A stretch of 63,378 nt of DNA, counting the filler, from Pelomyxa schiedti (lineage: Eukaryota; Protista; Evosea), in assembly GCA_020536535.1 (NCBI GenBank). It is 10 parts of 10 records of this genome, joined end to end, with 100 filler letters (N's around TTAATTAATTAA, not from the genome) between each part and the next. Parts side by side here need not be neighbours in the genome. Positions count along the whole stretch, not along the records: positions 1 to 10,779 come from JAHLWZ010001255.1; positions 10,880 to 15,246 come from JAHLWZ010001601.1; 8 more parts are not named here. One strand, given 5' to 3'. Below, in pieces: positions 1 to 11,093 of this stretch (position 1 is its first letter; each line of letters starts with the position of its first letter). A program made the translations under genes and the position numbers. The notes under the pieces were generated by a model. It worked only from the letters and a program-made list of their open reading frames with translations. It was not told the DNA's origin and did no database searches.

Positions 1-470
1 AGCTATTCCATATGGTTCATTGAACATAGCGTCAGTACCATTGCCATCTAAATGCCCAGCAGTTCCACATCCAATTGTCATAACATCTCCTTTTGTTGAT
101 TTCAATTATTTGTAGTGAAATGCCCGTAGTAGGAAAGCGCCCATACTACAAACAATCAACAAAACAAAAACCGATTGCCAAACAGCATAGATTACATTCA
201 TACTAAAACGCATAAGAGTTGTGAACCTGAAACAGTGATCACCCTTACACTATTACTAGAGGTTGCGAAAATATTGCCATCCCAATCCAACGCAACACCA
301 CTAGGCGAGCAAAATTGCGCGGTATTGCACCTGCCATCCAAACGACCGCTAATACCCGTCCCCGCGACTGTGCTCACTACATCATCATAAGAAACGGTAC
401 GTGTTTGTTGGAGAGATCTGTCAAACAACGAACACACCCGTGTACTGGCCCCCTCGCATTCCTCGATCAA
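1..470 (-). CDS. NHL-repeat protein (3' truncated by the window edge; start uncertain)
   Basis: Two NHL-type repeats: VSTVAGTGISGRLDGRCNTAQFCSPSGVALDWDGNIF (ORF 198..470) and, after an intron, VMTIGCGTAGHLDGNGTDAMFNEPYGIA running off position 1. Confidence 0.8.
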
Positions 471-613
471 TCAAAATTGTATTTGATTCAACTATTAACT
501 CAATAAAGTGACTTGGGCCAGTAGATTTGACGTCTGGGCCAAGGGTCTGTCACGGTGCTCAGCTGAATGCTCCACAAAACAAGTCATCAAGGAAAGTAAA
601 TCCTGAGTTAGTA

Positions 614-2935
614 TTAGGGTTCAAGGCAACTTGTGGGTGAAGCTGGGGGAGAGGGATCTAGGTACCAGTCACCAGCTGTGGCTCCGGCTGTGTAAACGTG
701 GAAAGATACAGTGAACCGGAACAGTGATTTGAGTGGCGCCCTTGTGTGGGACTTGATTATGCTTGTTGACACATATGGAACCCACAGGGCATCGGTTGAT
801 GCCAGGGTGCGGAACTCCCGGCAAACCTAAATTTAGTTTGAGTTTTTGCTCTGAGCACTTGCTTGGTTTGCAGCGGTAATTGAATGCAAAAAGATGATCG
901 AAAGATATACGGCTGAAAGGCGAAAAAGAGATTTTCGGTCACAGTACGAAAAAATATTCATCCACAATTCATGAGGAAGCATGCCAAAAACGTTACTATA
1001 AAGCTGCAACCACCAGGCATCTCCCTGCATCTTTCCTTTGTATTCAATATTAATATTTTTTTGAACAGTAAATTTCTGAGTACCTGTGGGTAGTCCTGAA
1101 GGCGTCAATGCTCGGCCACCAGCCAGTATGAGGGAGCCAGTTCCGGAAGAAAGAAGAGTGTGGAATTCTCGTACTGGGGGTGAATTCGCAATATCAATGC
1201 GGGACCATTCGTATGAACCCAACGTGAGTCTAGTCAAATTAATGTGAAGGTTGAAAAGGGAGAGAGTACCATACCTCAGTAAAACCATAGACTTTGCTGT
1301 AGGTACACAAGAGCACACAAACATCTCGTCCCCAATGACAGCGGCTGAATGACCTCGCATAGGAGGCGGTGTGATACCTTTGGTCACTGGCTTGAGCCAT
1401 TCCATGCAGAGCAGATCTTGATTTAGGTGAGAGGTGACTTCTTAATAAAATTAGGGCTGTTATTACCAAAAACCCACAAATCGTTGAGGCTTTGACCACT
1501 TAATGTTCCGCCTGGTTGAAGTTGTACAGGTTTATTTTTTTTTCTTTCTGACTTAACTTACCAAATATAATCATGGTCTTATTGTGACAAATAGCGGTGT
1601 GACGAAATCTTGCACGCGGAGCTCGTATTGTAGGCTTAATTGGAACCTTAGTGAACATTGCTTTAATGATCAGTCGTATTAAAAAGGGGCAGACTGGCAT
1701 CCAACTGCGTTCAGCCAAGTCGTAACACGTCACATCCTCACATGCCATACCATTGGAACACCTTGCGTTTTTCAATATCACTGCATTAGGTAAAACTGGC
1801 TCAACTCACCCACCAAAGATAAATAAGCACTTGTCAAAAAAATCATTGATGCCCAATATTGGGGAGATGGGGACGCAGAGGCATTTCCTTCAGGAAGGAG
1901 GGACCACTCCCCAGTTGTTACATTAAGGCAACGCAAGGCATTTGTATAGCTGTTACTTTTTCCTGCGCGCTGCGTTGGTTGAGAAGCTATTGTAGGAATG
2001 AAGTAACCTCCAAAGAGGAATACTAAGTTGTCAGTAAACCTTAGATATTGGGTTTCCTGCTCTTCCAGTTGTGGCTACTTTGACGACATGTGCAAAAAGA
2101 TCTTGAATATGGTCATCAGTTAAGGCACTTATTTCAAGATATACTGAGGCGTAAACATTTCGTGCAACCTGAAGGATGTCACAGAATTCCTACGGTGATG
2201 AGTCTACCTCAGATGCGCTTTCATAAGAAATGGGCATAACCCCTCGTGATACAAGCTGCTGTAGGACAATAGGGTTTGACCTCAAATCCCGTTTTGTTCC
2301 CACCAGGATGAACGGCATATTTGGACAATGGTGAGAAATCTAACTTTCATTGGTACAGTGGAGGTGGTTCATCAGGTAACCCACCTCAGGGACCCACTTT
2401 TATTTGGAAAACGTTAAATAAAGTTTTTGTGGTGGTGTTACCTTTGACAAACATTTTCCAAAGAGGCATGGGAAATAAGCATACCTTACGTGTCACCACA
2501 AAACGAAAAAGATGGGCTCCACCAGGACAAGATCGGCGTGTGGGTAGCTCAGTGCCCTCTGCCTGTCATAGTACTCGACACCCCCGAGGATCATGAATTT
2601 CAAAGGAATAAAAGAGGGTACTAGCACCCGCAGTATCCCATAATACATTCGTTGTCCTGGTACACTACATTCATGCTTCATCACCAAATGGCAAGGAAAT
2701 AAGGAAAAACCTGTAATTATCAAACACCTTTGGTGACAATGTGCATGCACAAAAACAAAAAATGTGGGTAGTGATTACGGTTGGTGTGATTGCGGTCGGA
2801 AAAGCTCCAGAAGTGCACCGTAGAAGCAGGCACGTCTGAGAAACTACAATCAGAGGAATGACGAGAAGGAAAACCACGTGCTTTGCCAGCACCGTCCTAC
2901 GGGGACTATCTTCGGTTTGGCATGTTTTAACCTTT
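614..2935 (-). pseudogene. Rho-like GTPase + Kelch repeats + C-terminal F-box; frame-disrupted
   Basis: Rho motifs appear in order: KIVPVG/DGAGK, TCLLLRCTSGAFPTAITPT-VFDNY, LWDTAG, EYYDRQRALSYPHADLVL, SHASLENV, WVPE, YLEISALT. Kelch repeats follow (CLFIFGG, PRARFRHTAICHNKTMIIFG, PPPMRGHSAAVIGDEMFV, PPVREFHTL). Then an F-box: LPHELWMNIFSYCDRKSLFRLSA|VCREFRTLASTDALW, with stop at 614-616. Several junctions cannot be kept in frame with GT-AG introns, e.g. in the G1 box and the T7 run near 1836-1842. Confidence 0.65.
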
Positions 2936-3099
2936 CGAGAAAACGATCACTGATATTCTACAGTAGAAAACCAACAAGCGCATTTTTTACGAACAACATG
3001 AAGACTTCATCTTTATTTGTGACACTGGAGAATGGCGTCCGGCACTTTTGTGGTTTGAATGAATGTTCTCCACGTCCAAACAAGTTGGCCTCGTTCCCC

Positions 3100-3345
3100 T
3101 GTTACAATAATGCAATGTTCAACCTTGGTGTGTGTTCTGAAAATGCGGCGCTGTTCCAGAGGGCAGCTGATGCTGGTAACATCAGGACAATGTGCTGCCT
3201 TTGGGTGTGTTACTGTGCTGACAAGGACGTGAGCAAAGATATTACACTATTCCAGAGGTCTGATGCTAGTGTCACAAGGGCAATAATGTGCGACCTTGGG
3301 CGCTGTTACGAAAATGCAATGCTCAACCTTGGTCTGTTCGACTTT
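3100..3345 (+). pseudogene. Degenerate Sel1-like repeat fragment
   Basis: NAMFNLGVCSEN, LFQRAADAGNIRTMCCLWVCY and AIMCDLGRCYENAMLNLG resemble Sel1 repeats with internal deletions. No complete gene is evident. Confidence 0.5.
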
Positions 3346-3432
3346 GCAATATTACGTGGGACACCTTGTTACATGGGTACCCACCTCGTGTTCCCAATAA
3401 ATTCTAATGGGTTTTAGCACCTAAAAAGTGCA

Positions 3433-4955
3433 GTGAACACGATGATTCAAAGTGGGGCCTGTGGGGGTTTATTCCACGGCACGAACTGTGTGCTTCTACA
3501 ACTTTGTTTCACATTAATTTCACCATACAGGTTTAATAATCCTTGGGTACACCCGGGAAATGACTTGGTTCTGGGTCACAGGGTGCGTCAAGATGTCTCA
3601 TCTAAAATGATATTCAACGAGACAATGCAGAGAATGCTGACCATGTATTTGCAGCCGCCCTGGTGCGTCGGAACTGGCTTCGAAACTATTTTCGCCCGTG
3701 ATCGCCTCACTCTGGTTAAGGAAACTCTACAAAAACTGCGTGACGTAAAACAGAGACTCCACAAACAACCAGAATGTGCATCACCTTTTCAGGTTATTTT
3801 ATTTCCTAACAATATGTATTCAGCTGCCGTTTTGTCTTGGCGGCACAATAAAGCAAAGCCGTCGACTGGGTGAGCCAGCAACACAAAAACAATAGTTACT
3901 CACCCTGACAATAGGGAAGTGGCACAGCAAGCCCTGAAGAGCAGGCCACAAACCATTGGTCCTGGGACTCTCCAACAAAAGCTACAGGTTTTGTTTATTT
4001 TACACATTTGTAGCAAAAATAACAAATGTTTTTCGACAAACAGAACCTACAAGGAGTAAAGGAAAAAATTGTCAAGTTCCATCTGAATCTCCCTGATTTT
4101 GGTGGGAATTACACACCAGACTTCCCCAAATATCAGATCCAGACAGACTTGGAGGTGTCAATCAACAACATACCCCAATGTCACTGTCGCCCCAGAGGCA
4201 CACACACCATTATGATGGGGAGCCCTGGTGTTGGTAAGAGCACTTTGCTGAATTCAATTTTCTCACGTGACCTTGGCTCCCCTATGCCGTTTCCTTCGGG
4301 GCTTTCGTTTGGAACTGGTCTGACCACTACCTGTCACCAAAAGTTGGATAATGATGGGTTAATGCTCATTGATACACCAGGATTATCTGAAGCAAACCTG
4401 GAATCCATGATCAAATACATAAGCAGTCATGTGATTTCAGGAATATGCAAGCCGATCTTTGTTGTAGTTCCTGAGGCAGGCCGCATCCGAGCGGAAGACA
4501 AAGCAATGCTTAGCTCTGTGCTGCAGGCTGTTCCAATGATCAAAGGGAATTACTCTATCATCATCAACAGGACCCCTCCTGGAATGTTTGACAACATTCC
4601 AGGAGGAAAGGATTCATTCATAGCACAGCTGCAGGGGAGTTTACCTTCGTCATCAAGCGTTTATTTCTTACCGATCATCAACGCCTGGGAGGATGTGGAT
4701 AATGTAGATGCGTTCAATTTGCTTCCCGGCGACTTCATAGAGTTTATTAAGCGAGCTCCCGTGGTGGATTTCCCTCCAAGTACCTTGACTGAGGATTCAC
4801 CACCCACAGTTGGGGAATTAGTTGGACTCACATACAATAATACCATAGACCAGATGCGTGAATTGCAAGAAGAAGTCCAAGCGGCAAGGAGCTCCAGCAA
4901 CATCACTACCCCCGCACCGTTGACCACTGCCGTGCACTCTACATCCATTCCTTGA
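3433..4955 (+). CDS. TRAFAC-class (AIG1/septin-like G-domain) GTPase, cassette gene A1; 5' exons uncertain
   Basis: ORF 4026..4955 has G1 GSPGVGKSTLLN, G2 GLSFGTGLTT, G3 LIDTPG, G4-like IINR and a short coiled coil. Upstream coding exons at 3433-3990 are inferred. Confidence 0.8.
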
Positions 4956-5024
4956 CTCCTTACAGGGAAGCAAACCGACTGAAAAAAAATTTTTTTTAAT
5001 TGGATTGGAGGGGAAGGAGCGTTG

Positions 5025-6284
5025 ATGTCGGGTCCCCCGCCGCTTGGTTCCTACCCTCCCATTACCACGATCTTCATGGGTCCTTTGGGAGTGGGCAAGA
5101 GCGCTTTGCTGAACGCCATTGTCCGAGTTCCGCCGGGGTCGCCTTCGCCTTTCCGCTCCGGTAATTCGATCGGCCCCGGATTGACAACAAAGTGTGAGCA
5201 ATTTACTGATCTGATGGACGGCGACAGGTACATTGACACTCCAGCTCTTGGTGTCGAGAGGCACCAACAGCAGGCGGTACTGGAGGCACTCAACCAAGGA
5301 GGACTTTTCCGAGTAGTTTTTATTGTGGTGCCGAGGGCAGGGCGTGTGCAGCCTGGTGACGTCACAATGATGTCTCTTTTGCACCAGGCTGTTCCAACAA
5401 TTGGGTCCGGTTACCTGATTGTGATCAACAAAGCTTCGCCGGGAGTGATGAATGGAAGCATACCTAACAAAAGGGAGCTCCAAAGGAAGCTGCAGGAAGG
5501 ACTTCCACCCACTTCCAATTTTTACTACTTTCCTATTGTGGAAGCGTGGAGTTTGCCCAATTGTGACCACCGTGCTTTTGCTGGTTCAGCAGACTTCAGG
5601 AATTTTATTCAGCACGCTCCTGCTGCTGCAATTCCCCGCGGTTCCATTTCTTCCTTTCTTCCAGATGAGCAACAGTCCCTTATTCATGCATTTGAAAGTA
5701 CGTTATCGACTGAGCGGATGTTTCAGTCAATGAGGGAACTGTTTCAGGAACTGGAGGCAAAAATACAAAGAGAAAGAGCTGCAGCTCTAAAAAAAGAATA
5801 CAACTTGCAAATGGCACTGTTCTGTGCCACGGGGGACACTAAACATAGGCATGTTTCATTTTCATTATTATGAGTATTTTGTTGTCTCATTATTCACAGC
5901 CAAAGAGCTGATGAGGTGAAACAATTTGAGGAAGAGACCAAAAACAGGAACCAACGAATGGAAACCCTTAGGTGTGCAGTCACCACATCACTGGCAGTCT
6001 TTTAAAACATAACCCAAAGGACTTCACATGAATTGAATAAATCACACCATGTAATTGTTGTGAATCGTGGGGTGAATATGATATCCTGCCACCTCACAAA
6101 ATCCAGTGATTCCACAGGAGAAGACAGCTGGTTTAACATTCCAAAGGGAGGAACCCATGAATGGGCACGCAACGGGCCTGAGATGCTTACATACAGCTGG
6201 CAAGGTACTGCCAGACAGGAACGAACAGTTCACCCAGGAGACATCATGTATGCTCAGGACCAGGCTCTTTTTTCTTCCAGTTAA
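5025..6284 (+). CDS. TRAFAC-class GTPase, cassette gene B1, with coiled coil and a possible C-terminal Trp-containing beta domain
   Basis: G1 GPLGVGKSALLN, G2 GNSIGPGLTT, G3 YIDTPA, G4 VINK. Coiled-coil exon at 5900-5971. An acceptor at 6018-6019 joins it in frame to ORF 6033..6284, whereas the nearer acceptor (5997-5998) gives a stop at 6003-6005. Confidence 0.8.
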
Positions 6285-6300
6285 TGGGGAAAAACCGTAA

Positions 6301-7460
6301 AATAGTATTTATTATCCAATTTATGTGATACTGAGAGCATATGGCAGATCGCCACAATTAATTTATAACCACCACCCTGAAGTCAAATGGTGCCCAATTG
6401 GGTTTTCCCCAAATTGGGCACATTTTGGGCACCTCCACCTTGCTGCTTCCTTGTTCCAAATTGGAGATGTCCTGCTTTTGGGCTCCAATTTGGGGTGAAG
6501 AAAAATCACAAAGTTGATAGGTGTTTAGTAAGGTGGTTCCCAACAGCCAGAAATTCAGCAACGTGTGGACCATTGAAAAAACACTCAGTTGAGTTCCTCA
6601 CTTTTGTGTCTGTAGATTGCAGCAAGCCAGTGGTACCCTTCACCTTTCCCAGAAAAGTGAATTTCTGGGAGTACAAACAGTTGGCCAATTCCGGCCATAA
6701 CTGGATCATGGGTGGAGGGGCAAAGGCGTCAGTGTTTTCCCAAAGACCCAAGGGGCAAAGGTTTTTGCTGTCACTTTCCTCTGGAAACCCCTAGGGGTGA
6801 AGGTTTTTCCTCTCAAAAAGCCTCATGCCATGGGGTGAAATAAGGTAAAAAAAGGTAGTATTTGATAAAAAAACACTGTTAAACTTCTTTTTGCACAAAG
6901 TGTGCTAGTGACAACAAAGCAGCCACTTTGGAGCAACACTGAGGCCATAAAACAGGTTTTTCCCACAGTTGTCTTCCCATGAAGGGCCCAAAACATGGGA
7001 AAGCCCATGAAGCTCCCACAGCTTGCTCTTGGTAATGTGTCCACAAGGAGTTGTTGTGTACATTTTTGGACTACAAAAAAATAAAGTGAAAATTTAAGTT
7101 CTATTTGTGTTATGGTTCATACAAGAAGAAAGGGGTTACTGGATTCAGCCCAGCACTTCACAATACCTGCATCTGGTCTGCAGTTGTTAATAACAATGCC
7201 ATCTCTATAGCATGGGCATCACCTTGTGAAGATGTTATGCTTGAGAGTTTATTTATCCCCTTGACAGAAGACTGAGTAAGGTTGCCACATCAGAGGTTTG
7301 GCAAATTTGAGTTTCTTTTGTCAAGTCCACATGGGAAAAACAACACCATGGTATCCAGGAGTGTACACCATACACAAACACCTGAAACAGGAATAGACCC
7401 CAAGATGGACCTTTGTATTTGCTCCACTAATAGTCCCAGGTGACCTTCTTGACTACCCAG
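6301..7460. mobile_element. CpG-depleted, non-coding or decayed segment (putative repeat or transposon relic)
   Basis: About 4 CpG in 1160 bp counted by eye, against dozens in the next 400 bp. No intact ORF. Palindromic CCAA(A)TTGG motifs and a GTGCCCAATT...AATTGGGCAC inverted repeat near 6390-6422. No transposase homology was recognised. Confidence 0.3.
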
Positions 7461-7630
7461 CACGCACAAAAATTGCATTTCCTTGGTTGATGTTTTGCGT
7501 AGGGACTCTTGTGAAACTCTCCCTCCTCGCGCTGGGTACCGATCCGATCGAATCTGTTGATTGGCAGGTGTTTAAAAAGCAACGAAACCTAGAGCTTCCT
7601 TCGGCTTTTTTTGTAGTTTTTTTTCTCGGA

Positions 7631-9747
7631 ATGACAACCACAGCGCTGTGGCGTGATGCGATGCGACGCACCGAAGCCATCCTCGCACGCAACCCGGGCA
7701 TATACACCAATGCCCTTTTCTCGCAAGGTACTACGCCTACGACGCAGCCCCTAGGAGCCGACAGCGGCGCAGGTGCACCGCTGATGACGTCACCTCCGCC
7801 GCCTCACTCCTCGTTTCTTGTTTTTGGTCCTACCAGGGTGGGGAAGAGCACCCTGCTGAACCTTGCAACATCGGTTGAAAAGCGTTACGAAGTACCACGC
7901 CTCACCAAGTTGACATTAAAATACGAGGTTCGTTTCACCTTTTTTACACAAGACAAAACATCACCAAGCAAAACAACAAACAACAATCAAAAAGGTACCA
8001 AAGAAAGACCTCGTCTTTATCATTGGGCGAACCGGTGCTGGGAAGAGCTCGTATATCAGGTCTTTGTTAGGCCTGCCAGAGCTCTATATACAGGATGAAT
8101 ATACAATCGAGATAGATTCAGAAGATACCTGGTCCTGGGCGCCGACAGTGGAAACTCTAACACCAGATCCTTGTGATCTGTTGTGCACACTGGCTGATTC
8201 TCAATATTCTTATTGTCCCTGGGATCTTTGTGAGACATTGCTTCCTCATTCACGATGGACTGTCCCCTCTCAGACCTTACAAACCATAGTACAAATATGG
8301 AAACCAAACGGTGGGAGAATCAGAAGTACCTCAGCTACCTCTGGATATATGTATCTCCAAGGTTTCTATTCTATTCTCCTTCAGTCAGTTATGCTTACAA
8401 CATCAAGGAAAGGTGGACTTACTCCCCCAAATAGTCAAAGGACCTGTGGATACGTGCCATAACTTCAAAGCATGGTATCTTCTCCCTAGGTCAATGGAGG
8501 ATCTTGTGGTTTCACAGAGGCAGTCGAACATTACTTTACTTTCAGGTTCCTCAGTGTTCTGGGTTCTTAAACCCCATCACCTTCCAGCCCCTCCAAATGA
8601 AACGAATCTAGACCTGAAGCTAGAGAACATGACGAAAGAGATTGAAAAGATGCTGAAGCTGTGTGCCGAATCTATTTCCACTAGGATTCCGCGTGCCCTT
8701 GCCCCTACAAAACCGAAACTAAAACCATCCAGCGTTCGGTTATATTGGACTTCACCCATTACAAAATGGATATGGCATGAAGGCACCTACAAGCTTCCAA
8801 TATTTCACCATGCCGAAGGCAGCCGTACAACGACCTCAAAGTCCGACGCCTTTGATCCTTGTTACCAGCAGAAAATAAAGCCCCAGGAGCAGGGTGAAAA
8901 GCTAATGCCCAGGGAAATTGAATATACCCTAGCCCCAAAATCGGAAACCAGCAACTCATCCCAACGCAGTAATACCAGAAATACTCATACAATCGTGATT
9001 GGAAACCCTGGTGTTGGTAAGAGCACGTTATTGAATGCTATTTACCCCCGAGATCCTGGCTCTCCGGTTCCGTTCCGGTCGGGGCTTTCGTTTGGCTCCC
9101 CTTTGACTACCGGGTCCCTTAAAAAGTTGGATATATATGGGAACGGATTCATTGATACACCAGGAATCTCCAAAAAACACATGGAACAGGCCACTTCCGA
9201 GATAATCAGCACACTGAATACTGGAGGACTCTTCAAAGTGATCTTCGTGGTAACTCTTGAAGGAGGCCTTGTACGAATGGAAGACAAAGTTACTATTGGA
9301 TTCATGCTCATGGCTGCTCCCACGATTGGAGAGAATTACTCTATCATTGTAAATAGGACCACACCATCCCTGTTTGATAGCAATCCAGGAGGAAAAGCAT
9401 CGTTGATAGCAGAGCTGCAGGATGGCCTGCCTCAGTCATCGAGCGTTTTCTTCTTACCGTTCTTTGACGAGTGGGAGGATGTGGACAATGTTGATGCATC
9501 GAATCTAGTCCCAGACGATTTCAAAGAGTTTATTGAGCGAGCTCCTGTTGTTGCATTCTCCCCAGGTACAATTCCTAATCTTTCACCCACAGTCTGGACA
9601 ATATTGAGAAATGGTGCCCTCATGGCTTCCGGGAGGGACCAAATACGCAAATTGCAAGAAGAAGCTCAAGTCGCCCGGAGTCCCAACAACATCGTGGCTG
9701 CCTTCACGCCCAGAACTGGTGCCACGAGCTATCAATCAACCCCTTAA
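7631..9747 (+). CDS. Multi-P-loop TRAFAC-class GTPase, cassette gene A2
   Basis: Three Walker-A-like motifs: GPTRVGKSTLLN (~7825), GRTGAGKSSYI (~8025) and GNPGVGKSTLLN (~9000). The last is followed by GLSFGSPLTT, FIDTPG and IVNR, and the C-terminal ~250 aa is clearly paralogous to A1 (both share WEDVDNVDA...DF.EFI.RAPVV.F). Confidence 0.8.
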
Positions 9748-9831
9748 TGGCTTACGATAAAAAGAAATTAAGCCGACCAACGAAAAAAATTTTCATACGA
9801 TCGGACGTTCGACCAACAACGGAGAGCCTTT

Positions 9832-10779
9832 ATGGCCACCATCGCCTCTTGTCCCCCAATCAGTTCCTTCCCCAGAGTCACAACCGTTGTTTTTGGCAAC
9901 CAACAGGTGGGCAAGACCACGCTGATGTACTTGATGAGCGCACGTCCCCGCAGAAGACCAGAGCCACTGCTGGACGGATACGATCCTAACTACCAGACAG
10001 AATTTACTGATCGCGATAACCTCTTATACGTTGAAATAAGACAGCATTTCGAGGCTGTAGAAGGTGCACTCAGTCGTGAAGGGGCGTTGCGAGTTGTATT
10101 TATTGTGACGGTGCTGTCAGGGCGTGTGAGCGAGGACGGTCAGGACCTGTTGTCCTTTGTGCATCAAGCTGCTCCCATGATTGGGCCCAATTATTGCATA
10201 GTGATAAACAAGGTTTCACCGGGAGTGGTGAATGCAACCCAAGAACAAAAAAGCAGGATTGAAACTGAGTTGCAAAACGACTTTCCTTCCACTTCCAATG
10301 TCTACTACTTTCCCTACGTGAAAGAATGGACATCGCCCAACTGTGACCCCTGCACTTTTGCCGGCGTTCCAGAATTTAGGAGTTTTATTCAGCAGGCTCC
10401 TACTATTTGGATACAGCCTGGCTCCCTTAATTCACGCTTTTTAGCTTCGATTCGAGGAGCAAGGCGCCCTCTTGAGATTCGAATTTGGCACCTAGAGCGT
10501 CATCAATCAGCGACGGAACAGCTATACGAAGAATCTCAGGTCAGAGAAGGAGAACACTTAAAGATTATCTACGAGTCGCTCCTAGACCATTTCCGTACAA
10601 CTGGGCAGACTTGTGACAGGTTTAATGTAGTGCACCCCTCCTGGGACTCATTATTCACACAGAGAAAAGGCTGATAAAGCAAAAAAAGAACTGGATGACT
10701 TCGTCAATTCCCGCGATAGAGATTGCCTTAGGTGTGTTGGTACTTACACTTCTAATCGTTAAAGTACATTAGAAGAACT
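9832..10779 (+). CDS. Degenerate GTPase, cassette gene B2 (3' truncated at contig end)
   Basis: Paralog of B1 (RVVFIVTVLSGRV, VINKVSPGV, YYFPYVKEWTSPNCD) with the same 3' intron positions. G1 is GNQQVGKT and no DTPG G3 motif is visible. Confidence 0.75.
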
Positions 10780-10879
10780 NNNNNNNNNNNNNNNNNNNNN
10801 NNNNNNNNNNNNNNNNNNNNNNNTTAATTAATTAANNNNNNNNNNNNNNNNNNNNNNNNNNNNNNNNNNNNNNNNNNNN
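10780..10879. other. Artificial contig linker
   Basis: N44-TTAATTAATTAA-N44 (stop codons in all six frames). Confidence 0.99.
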
Positions 10880-11093
10880 GATTCTCTCGTCACTATGCCG
10901 GTATCTCTGCATTCCTCAAAGTCGCAAGAGATTTCAGATTATTAGAACTGATGCACGTCTGCGAACGAAAGAAAATTTTTGTGATCACAAAGGATCTAAT
11001 ATCTTTAGCTAGCAGTGATGGTGATACATGAACCATCACCTACACGAGAACCAAGTTGGAAGAATTGAATTCCGGTTGAGTGTAACGTAATTC

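Noticed and set aside
4818-5570. 250-aa minus-strand ORF
   Set aside because: Antisense shadow of the GTPase genes, with no protein-like motifs.
3433-10779. Reading the GTPase cluster as a prokaryotic operon or anti-phage system
   Set aside because: The genes contain spliceosomal introns at conserved positions and neighbour eukaryotic F-box/Kelch sequence.
10824-10835. Recurrent TTAATTAATTAA motif (nine times)
   Set aside because: Always centred in N44 flanks. It is an artificial six-frame-stop linker, so gene neighbourhoods across it carry no meaning.
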